Source: Candidatus Poribacteria bacterium (GTDB taxonomy: Bacteria; Poribacteria; WGA-4E; WGA-3G). From it: DNA of 64,000 nucleotides. Positions 41,710 to 50,996 of the stretch are shown here, piece by piece. How positions within the stretch are numbered: the first letter of the stretch is position 1; every line of letters begins with the position of its first letter. The stretch spans positions 2,112,001 to 2,176,000 of the forward strand of contig CBDANF010000003.1 of NCBI GenBank assembly GCA_965197475.1, read 5' to 3'. A program made the translations under genes and the position numbers. The notes under the pieces are model-generated. The model was not told the DNA's origin, did not search any database, and worked only from the letters and a program-made list of their open reading frames with translations.

Positions 41710-42801
41710 AGACATTATAATGAATTAAATAGAAGGAGTTTCATAACGCCAGGGTCTGAAGTTTAGGCGAAAATTGTGTAAACCACAACAGGTTTCCATA
41801 ACTAAATCACAAAACCCTTTCTTCCAATTCCTGAGTTTATCTTTGACAATGAACTAAATCACAAAACCCTTTCTTCCAATTCCTGAGTTTATCTTTGACA
41901 ATGCGGCATCTTTTGACACCACTAATCGCATGTTCAACGCGTATGCGTATAGACGCTATCTTTCTATTGTTTTCTTTTTCTTCATTCGTCCGTTCTCTAC
42001 CTCTCGGTTTTTTCTTCGGTTGAATGATGTTTATATCCGGGAGAACGAAACCCTGAAAACCGGTATCTTGGGACAATGTGCTACCCTGTGGCACACAATA
42101 GCCCACCATATCGGCTATGTGTTTGTCATGATATCTCCCTTCAAAGAAGGTGTCAATAGGACAACTTTGCAGGTCTCATTGATAATCAAATTATTTTTCA
42201 CTGTATGACATTTCTTTTTACCACTATAATAACCCTTTTGAGTTTGTGGGTCTTTGGGGCATCGTATCGGGCGTTCGGTGCTATCATGAAAAAAATGTTC
42301 TCCTTCTTGATTTTGAGTTGATACTTTTGATGGAGCACATATAGGGGCGGGGTCTGTTTCCCGAGATGGCAACTCTCCAAGTTCTGCTAATGCTTTGTTC
42401 AATATCGATAAAAGCAAGTGAATCCATCTATTAGCAAGAGGTTGAGACATGCCAAAGAGCGCACCGAATAGCACTTGTTTCGGTGCTTCACGAAGGTAAA
42501 TCAGTATAAATAGCAACATATCTTCAGGTGTATCAAAACGACTATTTTTATACGGTTTATATCTCCGTTTTTTGCGCGGTTTTCCTGCAAGGGTATGTGT
42601 TTGAACATACTCTAAAAAACATTTAGTAAAATAAGGTGATAGTTCAGTCCAATCTTCTAAGGTATATCCGGTGAGGGACAGGAGCGTATCAGGTTTGTCC
42701 CTTAGTTCTTGAAAACTTATCATGAGTTAGCCTCCTATTGTCCGATTGTAATAAGTATAATAGAGACTAACCAAACGGACAACTAATTAGTTATAATGTC
42801 T
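41710..42801 (-). mobile_element. IS5-family (ISL2-like, HTH + DDE_Tnp_4) element, inactivated
   Basis: IRs AGACATTATAA...TTATAATGTCT flanked by 3-bp CAT repeats; transposase pieces DSTERPIRCP..YYSGKKK.HTVKN, QDTGFQG, IRIRVEHAISGVKRCRI; frameshifted. Confidence 0.9.
41800..41903. repeat. Exact 52-bp tandem duplication in the transposase 3' end
   Basis: AACTAAATCACAAAACCCTTTCTTCCAATTCCTGAGTTTATCTTTGACAATG twice (41800-41851, 41852-41903). Confidence 0.95.
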
Positions 42802-42854
42802 CATGTGTAAAAATAAACACACTTATTTTAAAATAGCAAGGAATCCAAATACCT

Positions 42855-42977
42855 CAGGACTTACGCAAATTGGGGAGAAAAAGGAAGTATTGGACTTAAA
42901 AAGTCGTTATTTCGGTGTTTTTAACCCCCTAAATCCCCCTTATCAAGGGGATTTTTGAACCTATTGCGTAAGTCCTG
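42855..42977. mobile_element. MITE copy 2 (TIR CAGGACTTACGCAA, 5-bp TSD TACCT)
   Basis: CAGGACTTACGCAA...TTGCGTAAGTCCTG, flanked by TACCT at 42850-54 and 42978-82. Confidence 0.85.
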
Positions 42978-42980
42978 TAC

Positions 42981-44150
42981 CTAAAACCAGAATCGCGACA
43001 TCAAAATAAGCTGATTCGTCCCTTCAAGTTGTCTTAACATACTTTTGCTGCTGATATCCTCATCAGGTTTTCGGTCAGCGTTAGGCAGATTTGCCCAATA
43101 GAACAGTGAAATCGCGCCGTTTTCCATAAAATTATATTGCGCGATAAATGTCAACCGCTTACCAGCATCACCTAAAACAGTTCTGTCCGGATCAAACAAA
43201 CCGTAACGGCCTGCTACAGTTAATTGCGGAAGAACACGGTATTTTGCTCCGAAGTAGTATCCCTTAGAATCAACGGCATCGGATGCGAAAGAGGCGACCT
43301 CATCGCTATTTCCAAAGTTGAATTCTCCTTCTAAACTCAAACCGGCGTAAGAGGCAGTTACAAACGCACCGATAAGACGTTCCCACTCTTCACCGGGTTT
43401 TTCAAATATGCAGGACACTCCTGCACGAATCGGACCAAGTTGTCCGCCGAGAGTACCGAGTGCGCCCTTGGCTGTTGCATTGCCAGCGTTGAAAAACGCT
43501 GCGTTGTAGAATGCTTTTCCGAAACTACCACCGAGTTCCAGTCCAACATCTCGTTTATTTGAACCGAGGCCGTAGCCTTCCCGGACAAGGATATTATGAT
43601 CCTTCTGTTTGATGCCGAAGGGTAGCCGAAATTGTCCCACTTTGAAGTAAAGATGTTTTGGAATAGCATCTACTGTGGCGAAAGCATTAAGTGTCGTGCC
43701 AACGTTGTTGGAAAGGGTTAAGCGAACCCGTTCTGAGGCTTGCGCGTTGAACGTCACCTCAGCTTGCATCAGAAGAAATCTGTCAACAGATGAATGGCAC
43801 GAGTTACATCCAGCTACTGTGCCCTCTTCTTCGTCTACATGTGTAGTTTTGATAAAAGCTGTCTGTAGATCAAGTGAGGTTATAAGTTGTTTAACAACCT
43901 CCTTTGCTTCTTCAGTGACAGCATCCATATCGAAATCTTCAGGAAACTCAAAATAGTTCTCTTCAAAAATTTCACCGATCCGATTGCGAGGACCACCACC
44001 TGCTGGGTCAATGTGGCAGAAATTACAGTCTTTGTCTAATTCAGCCGCAAACTCTGGTCGTGCTTCAGCGAAATCTGCCCAAAAAAGAGCTAACGAGAAA
44101 TTTGTTATCAGGGCAAATACCAACAATGCACGGAAACATTTTCGCAGCAT
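42981..44150 (-). CDS. Di-haem c-type cytochrome fused to an outer-membrane beta-barrel (Cyc2-like cytochrome-porin)
   Basis: Signal peptide ending AEA, then RPEFA..CNFCH and a second CNSCH; porin O/P-like KVGQFRLPFG; amphipathic strands; C-terminal Phe (RFWF). Start probably ATG 44150 (ORF track 44198). Confidence 0.8.
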   Translation of the reverse strand: MLRKCFRALLVFALITNFSLALFWADFAEARPEFAAELDKDCNFCHIDPAGGGPRNRIGEIFEENYFEFPEDFDMDAVTEEAKEVVKQLITSLDLQTAFIKTTHVDEEEGTVAGCNSCHSSVDRFLLMQAEVTFNAQASERVRLTLSNNVGTTLNAFATVDAIPKHLYFKVGQFRLPFGIKQKDHNILVREGYGLGSNKRDVGLELGGSFGKAFYNAAFFNAGNATAKGALGTLGGQLGPIRAGVSCIFEKPGEEWERLIGAFVTASYAGLSLEGEFNFGNSDEVASFASDAVDSKGYYFGAKYRVLPQLTVAGRYGLFDPDRTVLGDAGKRLTFIAQYNFMENGAISLFYWANLPNADRKPDEDISSKSMLRQLEGTNQLILMSRFWF

Positions 44151-44293
44151 AGTCCTGTCGTGAAAAGGTTTCATAAACCTACTGTGATATATCTTCAAAA
44201 GCGTACTCCTTTTCTATTGTGTAAAATGCTAGGTTTTACTACGTTCTATCACTATGTGTCAATTTATTTATAAGTTAGGTTGCAGCGGATTAT

Positions 44294-44335
44294 TGTCTGA
44301 ACCAGGATTCACATGATTATCGGATTTACAGGATT
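44294..44335. repeat. Short degenerate ~9-bp periodic (GATT) intergenic repeat
   Basis: TGTCTGAACC-AGGATTCAC-ATGATTATC-GGATTTAC-AGGATT. Confidence 0.45.
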
Positions 44336-44419
44336 ATAGAAGTCGCTCTTACAGAAGCCCCGATGACCGATACTGAGGTGCATAGACTGATTTGAGGCAG
44401 CTATGTAGAAACTGTAAGA

Positions 44420-44806
44420 TCATAGGTTGTTACCCTTTGCAACGATCCCTTGGAAGCCTGCATTAGTCGGTCCTGTGTATCTTTCAATATTAACCCACGC
44501 CATGACGGTAACATCTTTGTCAACAGTGAGTATCTCATGATGGGAAACTTCAACCCAATCGCTGTCTCCGTTCAGCTTCACTGCCATGCCATATTTTCCA
44601 TTAACTAATTTAGGATCCCCTTTCAGTTCTCCATGGTTTTCATACTGTGAATGGTCAATCACTTTACCGTCACCATTAAGTTCATCAAAAGAGATATAAA
44701 GAACGAGTGAGTCGTCAGCTGCATTTAATCCGTAGGCAGAAGATACTACAAAGGTTAGCAACACGAAAAACGTGACAAACTTTACAAAGAGATAGTTAAT
44801 TGCCAT
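44420..44806 (-). pseudogene. Truncated secreted LamG/concanavalin A-like domain protein
   Basis: Signal peptide, LVLYISFDE, DHSQYENHG, GKYGMAVKLNG, TVMAWV; stops mid-domain after IVAKGNNL. Confidence 0.75.
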
Positions 44807-44892
44807 ACAATACCTTCTCCAAAAATAGTTGAATAAATAGGGTCGTCCTAAGGTTGTAACAACTAAACATAACTTAGAAAGGACAATCACCC

Positions 44893-45520
44893 ATGCCTGA
44901 AATTATAGCACTGTTTACTGTTTTTATACCACATTTATCCGCAACGACGACCCGGCAGTTATCCGCTCTGTCATCGCACTGCTTGCGATGACAGAGCGGA
45001 TAACAATGTTAAATATATCTCGCTGGACTGGACAAGGAGGTAGCTACCGCACCGGACAACGCTTTTTCAACACTGTTATCCCTTGGGCTACGATCTGCTG
45101 TATGTTTTTTCGCACACATCTGCTTGATCGTGAAAGTGACTATATCCTCACAAGGACAAAACAATCGTGCCAAAATCGGGCGACTTTACCTATGGTTTAT
45201 CTCGTTTCTTTTCCTCATTGTATGGAAAACGATCCCCGCTTGGTGTTTTAGCCGTGTCCTTAGTGAGCGTCAATCAGCGACGCTCCTATCCAATAGTTAT
45301 GGAGCAAATCTTGCGTGACGACTCATCATTAAATCCGGGCGTTTCAACACAGGAACAGCGCGATGACACTGAGACAGCAGCAAAACTGAAACGCGGATGT
45401 CCAAAGGAAGCCGAAACCGGAACAAGGATGATATGGTCTCACCGATACGCTGAAACAACTTCAAACGATGGTTAAGACGATGCTATTGCAGATTCGCGAC
45501 TTGATCCCACTCCATTAATA
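44893..45520 (+). mobile_element. IS4/IS701-like transposase remnant
   Basis: MPEIIALF...TTTRQLS...LLAMTERITMLNISRWTGQGGSYRTGQRFF and KSGDFTYGLSRFFSSLYGK in shifting frames. Confidence 0.7.
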
Positions 45521-45539
45521 TTTATATTTCACCAAGATA

Positions 45540-46133
45540 TCAATCAAGTTCAGTAATAACATAGTCCATATCTTCAGCTTGAGCGTGACAACTCCAACAT
45601 ATCCCGTCAGAGGCGATAACTTTAAATTCAGCATCTGACGCATTTCGAGTATATTCAATGAATTCCCAATCATTATGGTCTGGATCACTGCCAGCTACCT
45701 TCCGCATAATCGCTATGAGTCCCACGTAGTCTTTATTTGGTCGATATGCTTCTTTTACGACGATGCTTCCATCCGGATATGGGAATTGCTGCTCGCCGTC
45801 AGGTGCGATGGTCACCCGTGTTTGGTTAACGTAAACGTTCTTTGTCCCTCTGTGTGGATCACTGCCTGCAACAGGTGGAATCGGTTCGGCATTTAATTTA
45901 AGCCACTTCTCATAACCTGCTACATCTTCTGGTAGCCCTGGCAGTGCGACAGCGGGTTCTTCAGTTTCCTGGTCTGTTTCTTCTTTAGTTGTTTCCTGAA
46001 CAAGTTCGTCTAACTGTTGTTCTTCTACACAAGACGTGAACATCACGCTGGACATTAGCACAATGGCAATCCCAAGGTAGACATTCAAAAAGTGGCGGAT
46101 GTGTTTTTTGCTTCGCATTATAAATCTCCTCAT
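45540..46133 (-). CDS. Cytochrome P460-family lipoprotein
   Basis: Lipobox FTSC, VYVN, YPDGSIVVKE, IMRK, DWEFIEY, C-terminal CWSCH. Confidence 0.85.
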   Translation of the reverse strand: MRRFIMRSKKHIRHFLNVYLGIAIVLMSSVMFTSCVEEQQLDELVQETTKEETDQETEEPAVALPGLPEDVAGYEKWLKLNAEPIPPVAGSDPHRGTKNVYVNQTRVTIAPDGEQQFPYPDGSIVVKEAYRPNKDYVGLIAIMRKVAGSDPDHNDWEFIEYTRNASDAEFKVIASDGICWSCHAQAEDMDYVITELD

Positions 46134-46406
46134 TTTAACATGCCTTTAGTATATAACAAAAAGGCAATCATAGCAATAATTAATTTATACCATACGTTTC
46201 GTTTATGTTTCAAAATTGAACGCTCAGATTACGAATTGTTTTACATAACCTTGACGTAGCAGAAATTGAAAATTGGGACGGAATTCATTTTTATTTGTCA
46301 TTCCAGTTCTGTTAATGTATCATATCATAATGGAGAATAGAGATTTAAACTGAACACTTCTATATGTCTAAAAGAATAAGTTGGTTTTCGAATAAAGGAG
46401 AAATGG

Positions 46407-47402
46407 ATGCTCAGAAACCTGTTTAAAGGTGGTGATAAAAACCGCACTGAACCGGAAGCTACGGATCAAAAAGAGAATTGGTTCAATCGCCTCAAATCCA
46501 GTTTAGCGAAGACTCGTAACAGTTTTATCTCTCAACTGTCAGGATTGCTTCGGGTTGGTAGAAAAATTGACGAAGAACTGATGGAGGAGATCGAAGAGAT
46601 TTTAATCCAAGCAGACGTGGGAGTTGATACGACTCTGACGCTGATGGATAACGTGAGAGAGACTGTGAAGGAAAGAGGATTAGGCGATTCTTCTGAATTG
46701 GGAACAGTCATAAAAGAGGAAATACTGCATCTTCTGGGAGAAGATGTTCCCTTGAAGTTTGAAGGTGAACCACCTTATACGATTTTAGTTCTCGGTGTGA
46801 ACGGTGCTGGAAAAACGACAACCATCGGCAAACTCGCAAGCCGTTTTAACGCTGATGGCAACCGTGTTCTCGTTGCTGCAGGCGATACATTTCGTGCCGC
46901 GGCGGAGGACCAATTGGCGATTTGGTGCAAACGCGCGCGGGCAGAACTAATTCGCGGCGGGGAACGTGCGGAACCCGCTTCAGTAGTTTTTGATGCTATT
47001 CATGCGGCAAAAAACCGAGAAGCAGACGTTCTGATTGTGGACACAGCTGGCAGACTCCATACCAAAAAACCTTTGATGGATGAATTATCAAAAATCGGAC
47101 GTGTGATGGGACAAGCACATTTAGGCGCGCCTCACGAGGTGCTACTTGTCATTGATGGCACAGTAGGACAGAATGCACTAATGCAGGCTAAAATTTTTAA
47201 CGAGGCAGTGCCGATTTCTGGTGTAGTAGTCACGAAGCTGGACGGCACAGCGAAAGGTGGGATAGTAATAGCGGTAAAAGCCGAACTCAATGCTCCCGTC
47301 AAACTGATCGGCATCGGTGAGAAACTTGACGATTTACGGGATTTCGCGGGGGCAGATTTCGTTGAAGCACTCTTTGCATCAGATGAGACTGAAGGGACGT
47401 AA
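46407..47402 (+). CDS. ftsY: SRP receptor FtsY
   Basis: GVNGAGKTTTIGKLA, DTFRAAA, DTAGRLH, TKLDGTAKGG. Confidence 0.97.
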   Translation: MLRNLFKGGDKNRTEPEATDQKENWFNRLKSSLAKTRNSFISQLSGLLRVGRKIDEELMEEIEEILIQADVGVDTTLTLMDNVRETVKERGLGDSSELGTVIKEEILHLLGEDVPLKFEGEPPYTILVLGVNGAGKTTTIGKLASRFNADGNRVLVAAGDTFRAAAEDQLAIWCKRARAELIRGGERAEPASVVFDAIHAAKNREADVLIVDTAGRLHTKKPLMDELSKIGRVMGQAHLGAPHEVLLVIDGTVGQNALMQAKIFNEAVPISGVVVTKLDGTAKGGIVIAVKAELNAPVKLIGIGEKLDDLRDFAGADFVEALFASDETEGT

Positions 47403-47443
47403 CCCGCAACTTATGTAGTTTTTCTTGGCTGCGGGATACGTCC
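47395..47443. terminator. Hairpin between convergent ftsY and the ECF sigma gene
   Basis: GGACGTAACCCGCAAC ... GCTGCGGGATACGTCC, 14/16 complementary. Confidence 0.4.
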
Positions 47444-47526
47444 ATCAAACAAGTGGCTTATACGAACAGTCTCAAGGAAGCTAATTATTCTTAATCACGC
47501 CTATTTACAACAAGAACTTGTTCCCG

Positions 47527-48141
47527 CTAAACTTCTGCCTCTTTCAGATAAGGGCGTAGATGTTTGCGGAGATTGCGATGTGCATGGAACAAGTGGGCTT
47601 TGACCGTTCCATCCGATCTGCCGACTACAGCCGCAATATCTTTAAGGGACAATCCATCCCAGTGACGCAGGATAAAGATTTGCCGTTGCTTGGGGGGCAG
47701 TTGACGAATCGCCTTCCGAATCTGGACTCTGAGTTCCTTATTCTCAGCAGCTTTGGCGGGGGAATCTGACCGTAAATCAGGAAAATTTGCCATCGGCAAT
47801 TCATCCGATTCGTCGGATTCGTATACCATTACTTCCGAACGTGCTTTTTTTCGTAAAAAATCAATACAAAGGTTGACCGTAATTCGGTAAAGCCAACTAT
47901 AAAACTGACACTGGTTCTTGAAATTACCTAACCCTTGGTAAGCACGAATAAACGCATCTTGCGTAATATCAAGGGCATCTTCATGGTTCGGGACAAAACG
48001 TTGAACTAACCGATAAGTGCGTTTCTGATAGCGGGTAAAAAGCGTATCAAACACAGCCGTATCGCCACTCTGAAATTGCTCAATCAGTTGGGCATCATCA
48101 TTACAGGCTGGAGGGATACTTTCGGGGCTTTGGGACTGCAT
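47527..48141 (-). CDS. ECF-type RNA polymerase sigma factor
   Basis: DITQDAFIRAY, FYSWLYRITVNLCID (region 2); LPPKQRQIFILRH..GLSLKDIA...GTVKAHLFHA (region 4). Confidence 0.93.
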   Translation of the reverse strand: MQSQSPESIPPACNDDAQLIEQFQSGDTAVFDTLFTRYQKRTYRLVQRFVPNHEDALDITQDAFIRAYQGLGNFKNQCQFYSWLYRITVNLCIDFLRKKARSEVMVYESDESDELPMANFPDLRSDSPAKAAENKELRVQIRKAIRQLPPKQRQIFILRHWDGLSLKDIAAVVGRSDGTVKAHLFHAHRNLRKHLRPYLKEAEV

Positions 48142-48207
48142 GTTCTCCTCTTAAGTGTCATTGGCGGCCGGCAACTGAAACTCAGACGGCCGTTGATAGA
48201 ATAGAAG

Positions 48208-49086
48208 TCACCGATTTTTTTCTTTGTGGACGCTGCGAAACCATCGTTTATATCTGTGGCTATCTTGAAGCATTTGTTGGAGGATAAGTAATTCCTCATC
48301 ATCTTCGGCACAAGGGGCACCATCAAGTAACGCTAACAACTCCTCGTAAACTACTTTGTCTTCATCAACAAGTGCTGAGAGAAGTTTGTCAAAATTTTCT
48401 CCATGACCAAGTAGTGCGAACAACTGGTTCGTATGCCGAATTTCTTCAGAGGCGGCTTGGTTGAGGTATGCCGCAAGTTCGTGCTCATTCCGTTTCTCCG
48501 CGATTTGTGCAAGAATTAACCGGATCCCGACGAGTTTGAGTTTTACCTGTGCGAGTTCGTCAAGTTCCGTTTCAAACTTTTCTCGCAAATGGTCCTCATC
48601 ACGTGGATGTAACTGTGCATAACTTGGCCATACCGGTTTTGCCATCACCTGTTTCAACTTTTTCAAGCTCTCAATCAGGTTTTCCCGCTCTTCAGGTGAA
48701 AGTTGACCAAAGGTATGTTCCCAAAAGTCTGTAGCGTGTTGCACCCGTTCTCGGAAAAGTTGTTGTGATTGCGGCGTAAGTTGAATGCGGGCACGCCTCC
48801 GATCCTCATCACATTTACGACGGACAACCCAACCGTGCCGTTCAAGCCGACTAACTAAGCCAGAAACTGTATTGTGCGCAAGGCCTAAATGTTCACCTAA
48901 TTCACTAACATACATACCGGATTCTCGACCGTACCAATGAAGGTGCTGCAAAGCGTTGAACTGTACAATCGTCAGTCGATTGGGAACTACTTCCTGAATG
49001 AACCTGGATTTGACCGCCGCTTGGGCATGACGCATCACGCGCATGACGACATCAATTTCTTGATTGAACTCCGGATTTTGAGACAT
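48208..49086 (-). CDS. MarR-family regulator fused to a rubrerythrin/ferritin-like domain
   Basis: N-terminal LTIVQFNAL...VSELGEHLGLAHNTVSGLVSRLE..GWV.R...EDRR; C-terminal AQIAEK...AASEEIRH. Confidence 0.8.
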   Translation of the reverse strand: MSQNPEFNQEIDVVMRVMRHAQAAVKSRFIQEVVPNRLTIVQFNALQHLHWYGRESGMYVSELGEHLGLAHNTVSGLVSRLERHGWVVRRKCDEDRRRARIQLTPQSQQLFRERVQHATDFWEHTFGQLSPEERENLIESLKKLKQVMAKPVWPSYAQLHPRDEDHLREKFETELDELAQVKLKLVGIRLILAQIAEKRNEHELAAYLNQAASEEIRHTNQLFALLGHGENFDKLLSALVDEDKVVYEELLALLDGAPCAEDDEELLILQQMLQDSHRYKRWFRSVHKEKNR

Positions 49087-49119
49087 TTTCCAATACGTCC
49101 TATATGAGAGGTATATTCC

Positions 49120-49164
49120 GTCGTATACGACATAAATTATATCTCAAATTTCCGTGAATGTCAA
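49120..49164 (-). promoter_or_regulatory. Consensus sigma70 promoter plus palindromic operator for marR-sigma
   Basis: Minus strand TTGACA (49164-59), 17-nt spacer, TATAAT (49141-36); perfect palindrome GTCGTATACGAC (49120-31) over the predicted +1. Confidence 0.75.
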
Positions 49165-49208
49165 ATTAAAATGCAAAAAAGCTGGTTTTTATTAAAAATT
49201 CGCCATTT

Positions 49209-50945
49209 TTAATTGCTTCCAACCAAACGTTGTGCCTTCATCTTTCGTTTACGTTTGGATTTCGACTTCGTCTGTTTCGGTGTTGCATCGTCCTGAACAT
49301 TTTTATATTGCTGCTGATTCTGTTCTGCATCCACAATTTGTTCCTGCTGTGCTGCTTCATATTCGGCGTAGGTGCCTTCAAAAAAGCGCGTTTTCGGACC
49401 CTCTTTTGTGACATCAAAGATCAACAACTTTGTTGCCAAACTGTTCAAAAGAAAGCGGTCATGAGAGATAATGAAAAATGTCGCAGGGTAATCAGCAAGT
49501 GCCGCTTCGAGTGCTTCACGCGCTGGGATGTCCAGATGGTTTGTCGGTTCATCAAGTAGAAGGACGTTCGCATTTTCCAACAGCAGCTTCGCAAGTTGAA
49601 CGCGGTTCTGTTCACCTCCGCTCAAAATCCCAATACGTTTGAACACGTCATCTCCGGAAAAGAGAAACCTCGCTATAAAACTACGAATCTCTGTCTGCGT
49701 TTGGTGTGGACAAAGTTCCCAAATTTCGGTCAGTATATCATTATCCAAGTTGAGTCCTTCCAATTCTTGCGTATAATACCCAAGTTTAAGAGAAGAACCG
49801 ACCCAAAGATCGCCTTGTGTTGGTTGTTCCTGGCCCAAAATCATACGGAAAAGCGTTGTTTTTCCGGTACCGTTTGGGCCAATTATCCCAATTACGTCAT
49901 TACGGTACACCTCAAAATTTAAATCCGTGAATAGGACCTTGTCGCCAAACTGTTTACCAACATTTTGGCATCGTAGAATATCGTCTCCGCCACGGGCTGA
50001 AGGTGTGAAGTTGAGCTTCAACATTTGCGCATCGGGTTTCGGTTTTTCGATCTTCTCCAACCGCTCCAGTCTATTGCGTCTTCCTTGTGCCTCACGAGTT
50101 CGTTGCCCCGCTATATTGCGTTCAATGAATTCTTGTTCCTTTTCAATAAACGTTTGCTGTATTTTGAATGTCCGTTCCCTAACCAACTGCCCCATCGCTT
50201 TCATTTCACAGTACTTTGAGTAATTCCCGCGATAGATATTTATTTTTTTCGCATCCAACTCCCACACCTTGCGAACAATCTTATCCAAAAAATATCTATC
50301 GTGAGAAACAACTAGAACTGCCCCGTTGTATTCCGTATTGAGATAATTTTCCAGCCATTCAATTCCATTAATGTCAAGGTGATTCGTCGGTTCGTCAAGA
50401 AGTAATAGGTCCGGCTCTTCCAGCAGCAATTTCGCCAAAGTTCCCCGACTCTTTTGACCACCACTGAGGACGCGGATCGGTAGGTTGAAGTCCTGTTCGC
50501 TAAAACCCAAACCACCGAGCACGCGATTTATCAGATGTTCATAATCGTAACCACCGAGCCGTTCATGCTGTTCCTGAATACGTGCGTACTGCTCCAAGAG
50601 GTGTAGTGATTCTTCTGTTTCCATCTCCTCTGCAAGCATCAGCATCTTATCCTCAAGGGTGAGTCGTTTTTGAAAAACTTTGAGCATTTCCTGTCGTAAT
50701 GTACAGGCATGCTCCAACTCCGGTTCTTGGCTTAGGTATCCAATACGTCGCCCCTTCGCCAAAACAACTTCCCCTTTGAAATCGGTGAGGATTCCACACA
50801 TTATTTTTAGTAACGTTGTTTTTCCACATCCGTTACGACCAATTAACCCTATCCGGTCTCCAGGCGCGATTGCGACTGAAATATCGTCCAGAATTATGTC
50901 TGGGTCATAACGTTTTGTGACACTGTTTATTGTTACTAAAGACAT
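49209..50945 (-). CDS. ABC-F family ATPase
   Basis: Two ABC domains (GRNGCGKTT, LSGGQ, LDEPTNHLD, SHDRYFLD; GPNGTGKTT, LSGGE) and no TM segments. Confidence 0.93.
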   Translation of the reverse strand: MSLVTINSVTKRYDPDIILDDISVAIAPGDRIGLIGRNGCGKTTLLKIMCGILTDFKGEVVLAKGRRIGYLSQEPELEHACTLRQEMLKVFQKRLTLEDKMLMLAEEMETEESLHLLEQYARIQEQHERLGGYDYEHLINRVLGGLGFSEQDFNLPIRVLSGGQKSRGTLAKLLLEEPDLLLLDEPTNHLDINGIEWLENYLNTEYNGAVLVVSHDRYFLDKIVRKVWELDAKKINIYRGNYSKYCEMKAMGQLVRERTFKIQQTFIEKEQEFIERNIAGQRTREAQGRRNRLERLEKIEKPKPDAQMLKLNFTPSARGGDDILRCQNVGKQFGDKVLFTDLNFEVYRNDVIGIIGPNGTGKTTLFRMILGQEQPTQGDLWVGSSLKLGYYTQELEGLNLDNDILTEIWELCPHQTQTEIRSFIARFLFSGDDVFKRIGILSGGEQNRVQLAKLLLENANVLLLDEPTNHLDIPAREALEAALADYPATFFIISHDRFLLNSLATKLLIFDVTKEGPKTRFFEGTYAEYEAAQQEQIVDAEQNQQQYKNVQDDATPKQTKSKSKRKRKMKAQRLVGSN

Positions 50946-50996
50946 ATTTTTGTAGGTGTGAACTACTTTCCTATTGCAAGGAAGTACTTTTGTGTA

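Noticed and set aside
41800-41903. CRISPR array
   Set aside because: Two directly abutting 52-bp units with no spacer, inside a transposase gene; no cas genes.
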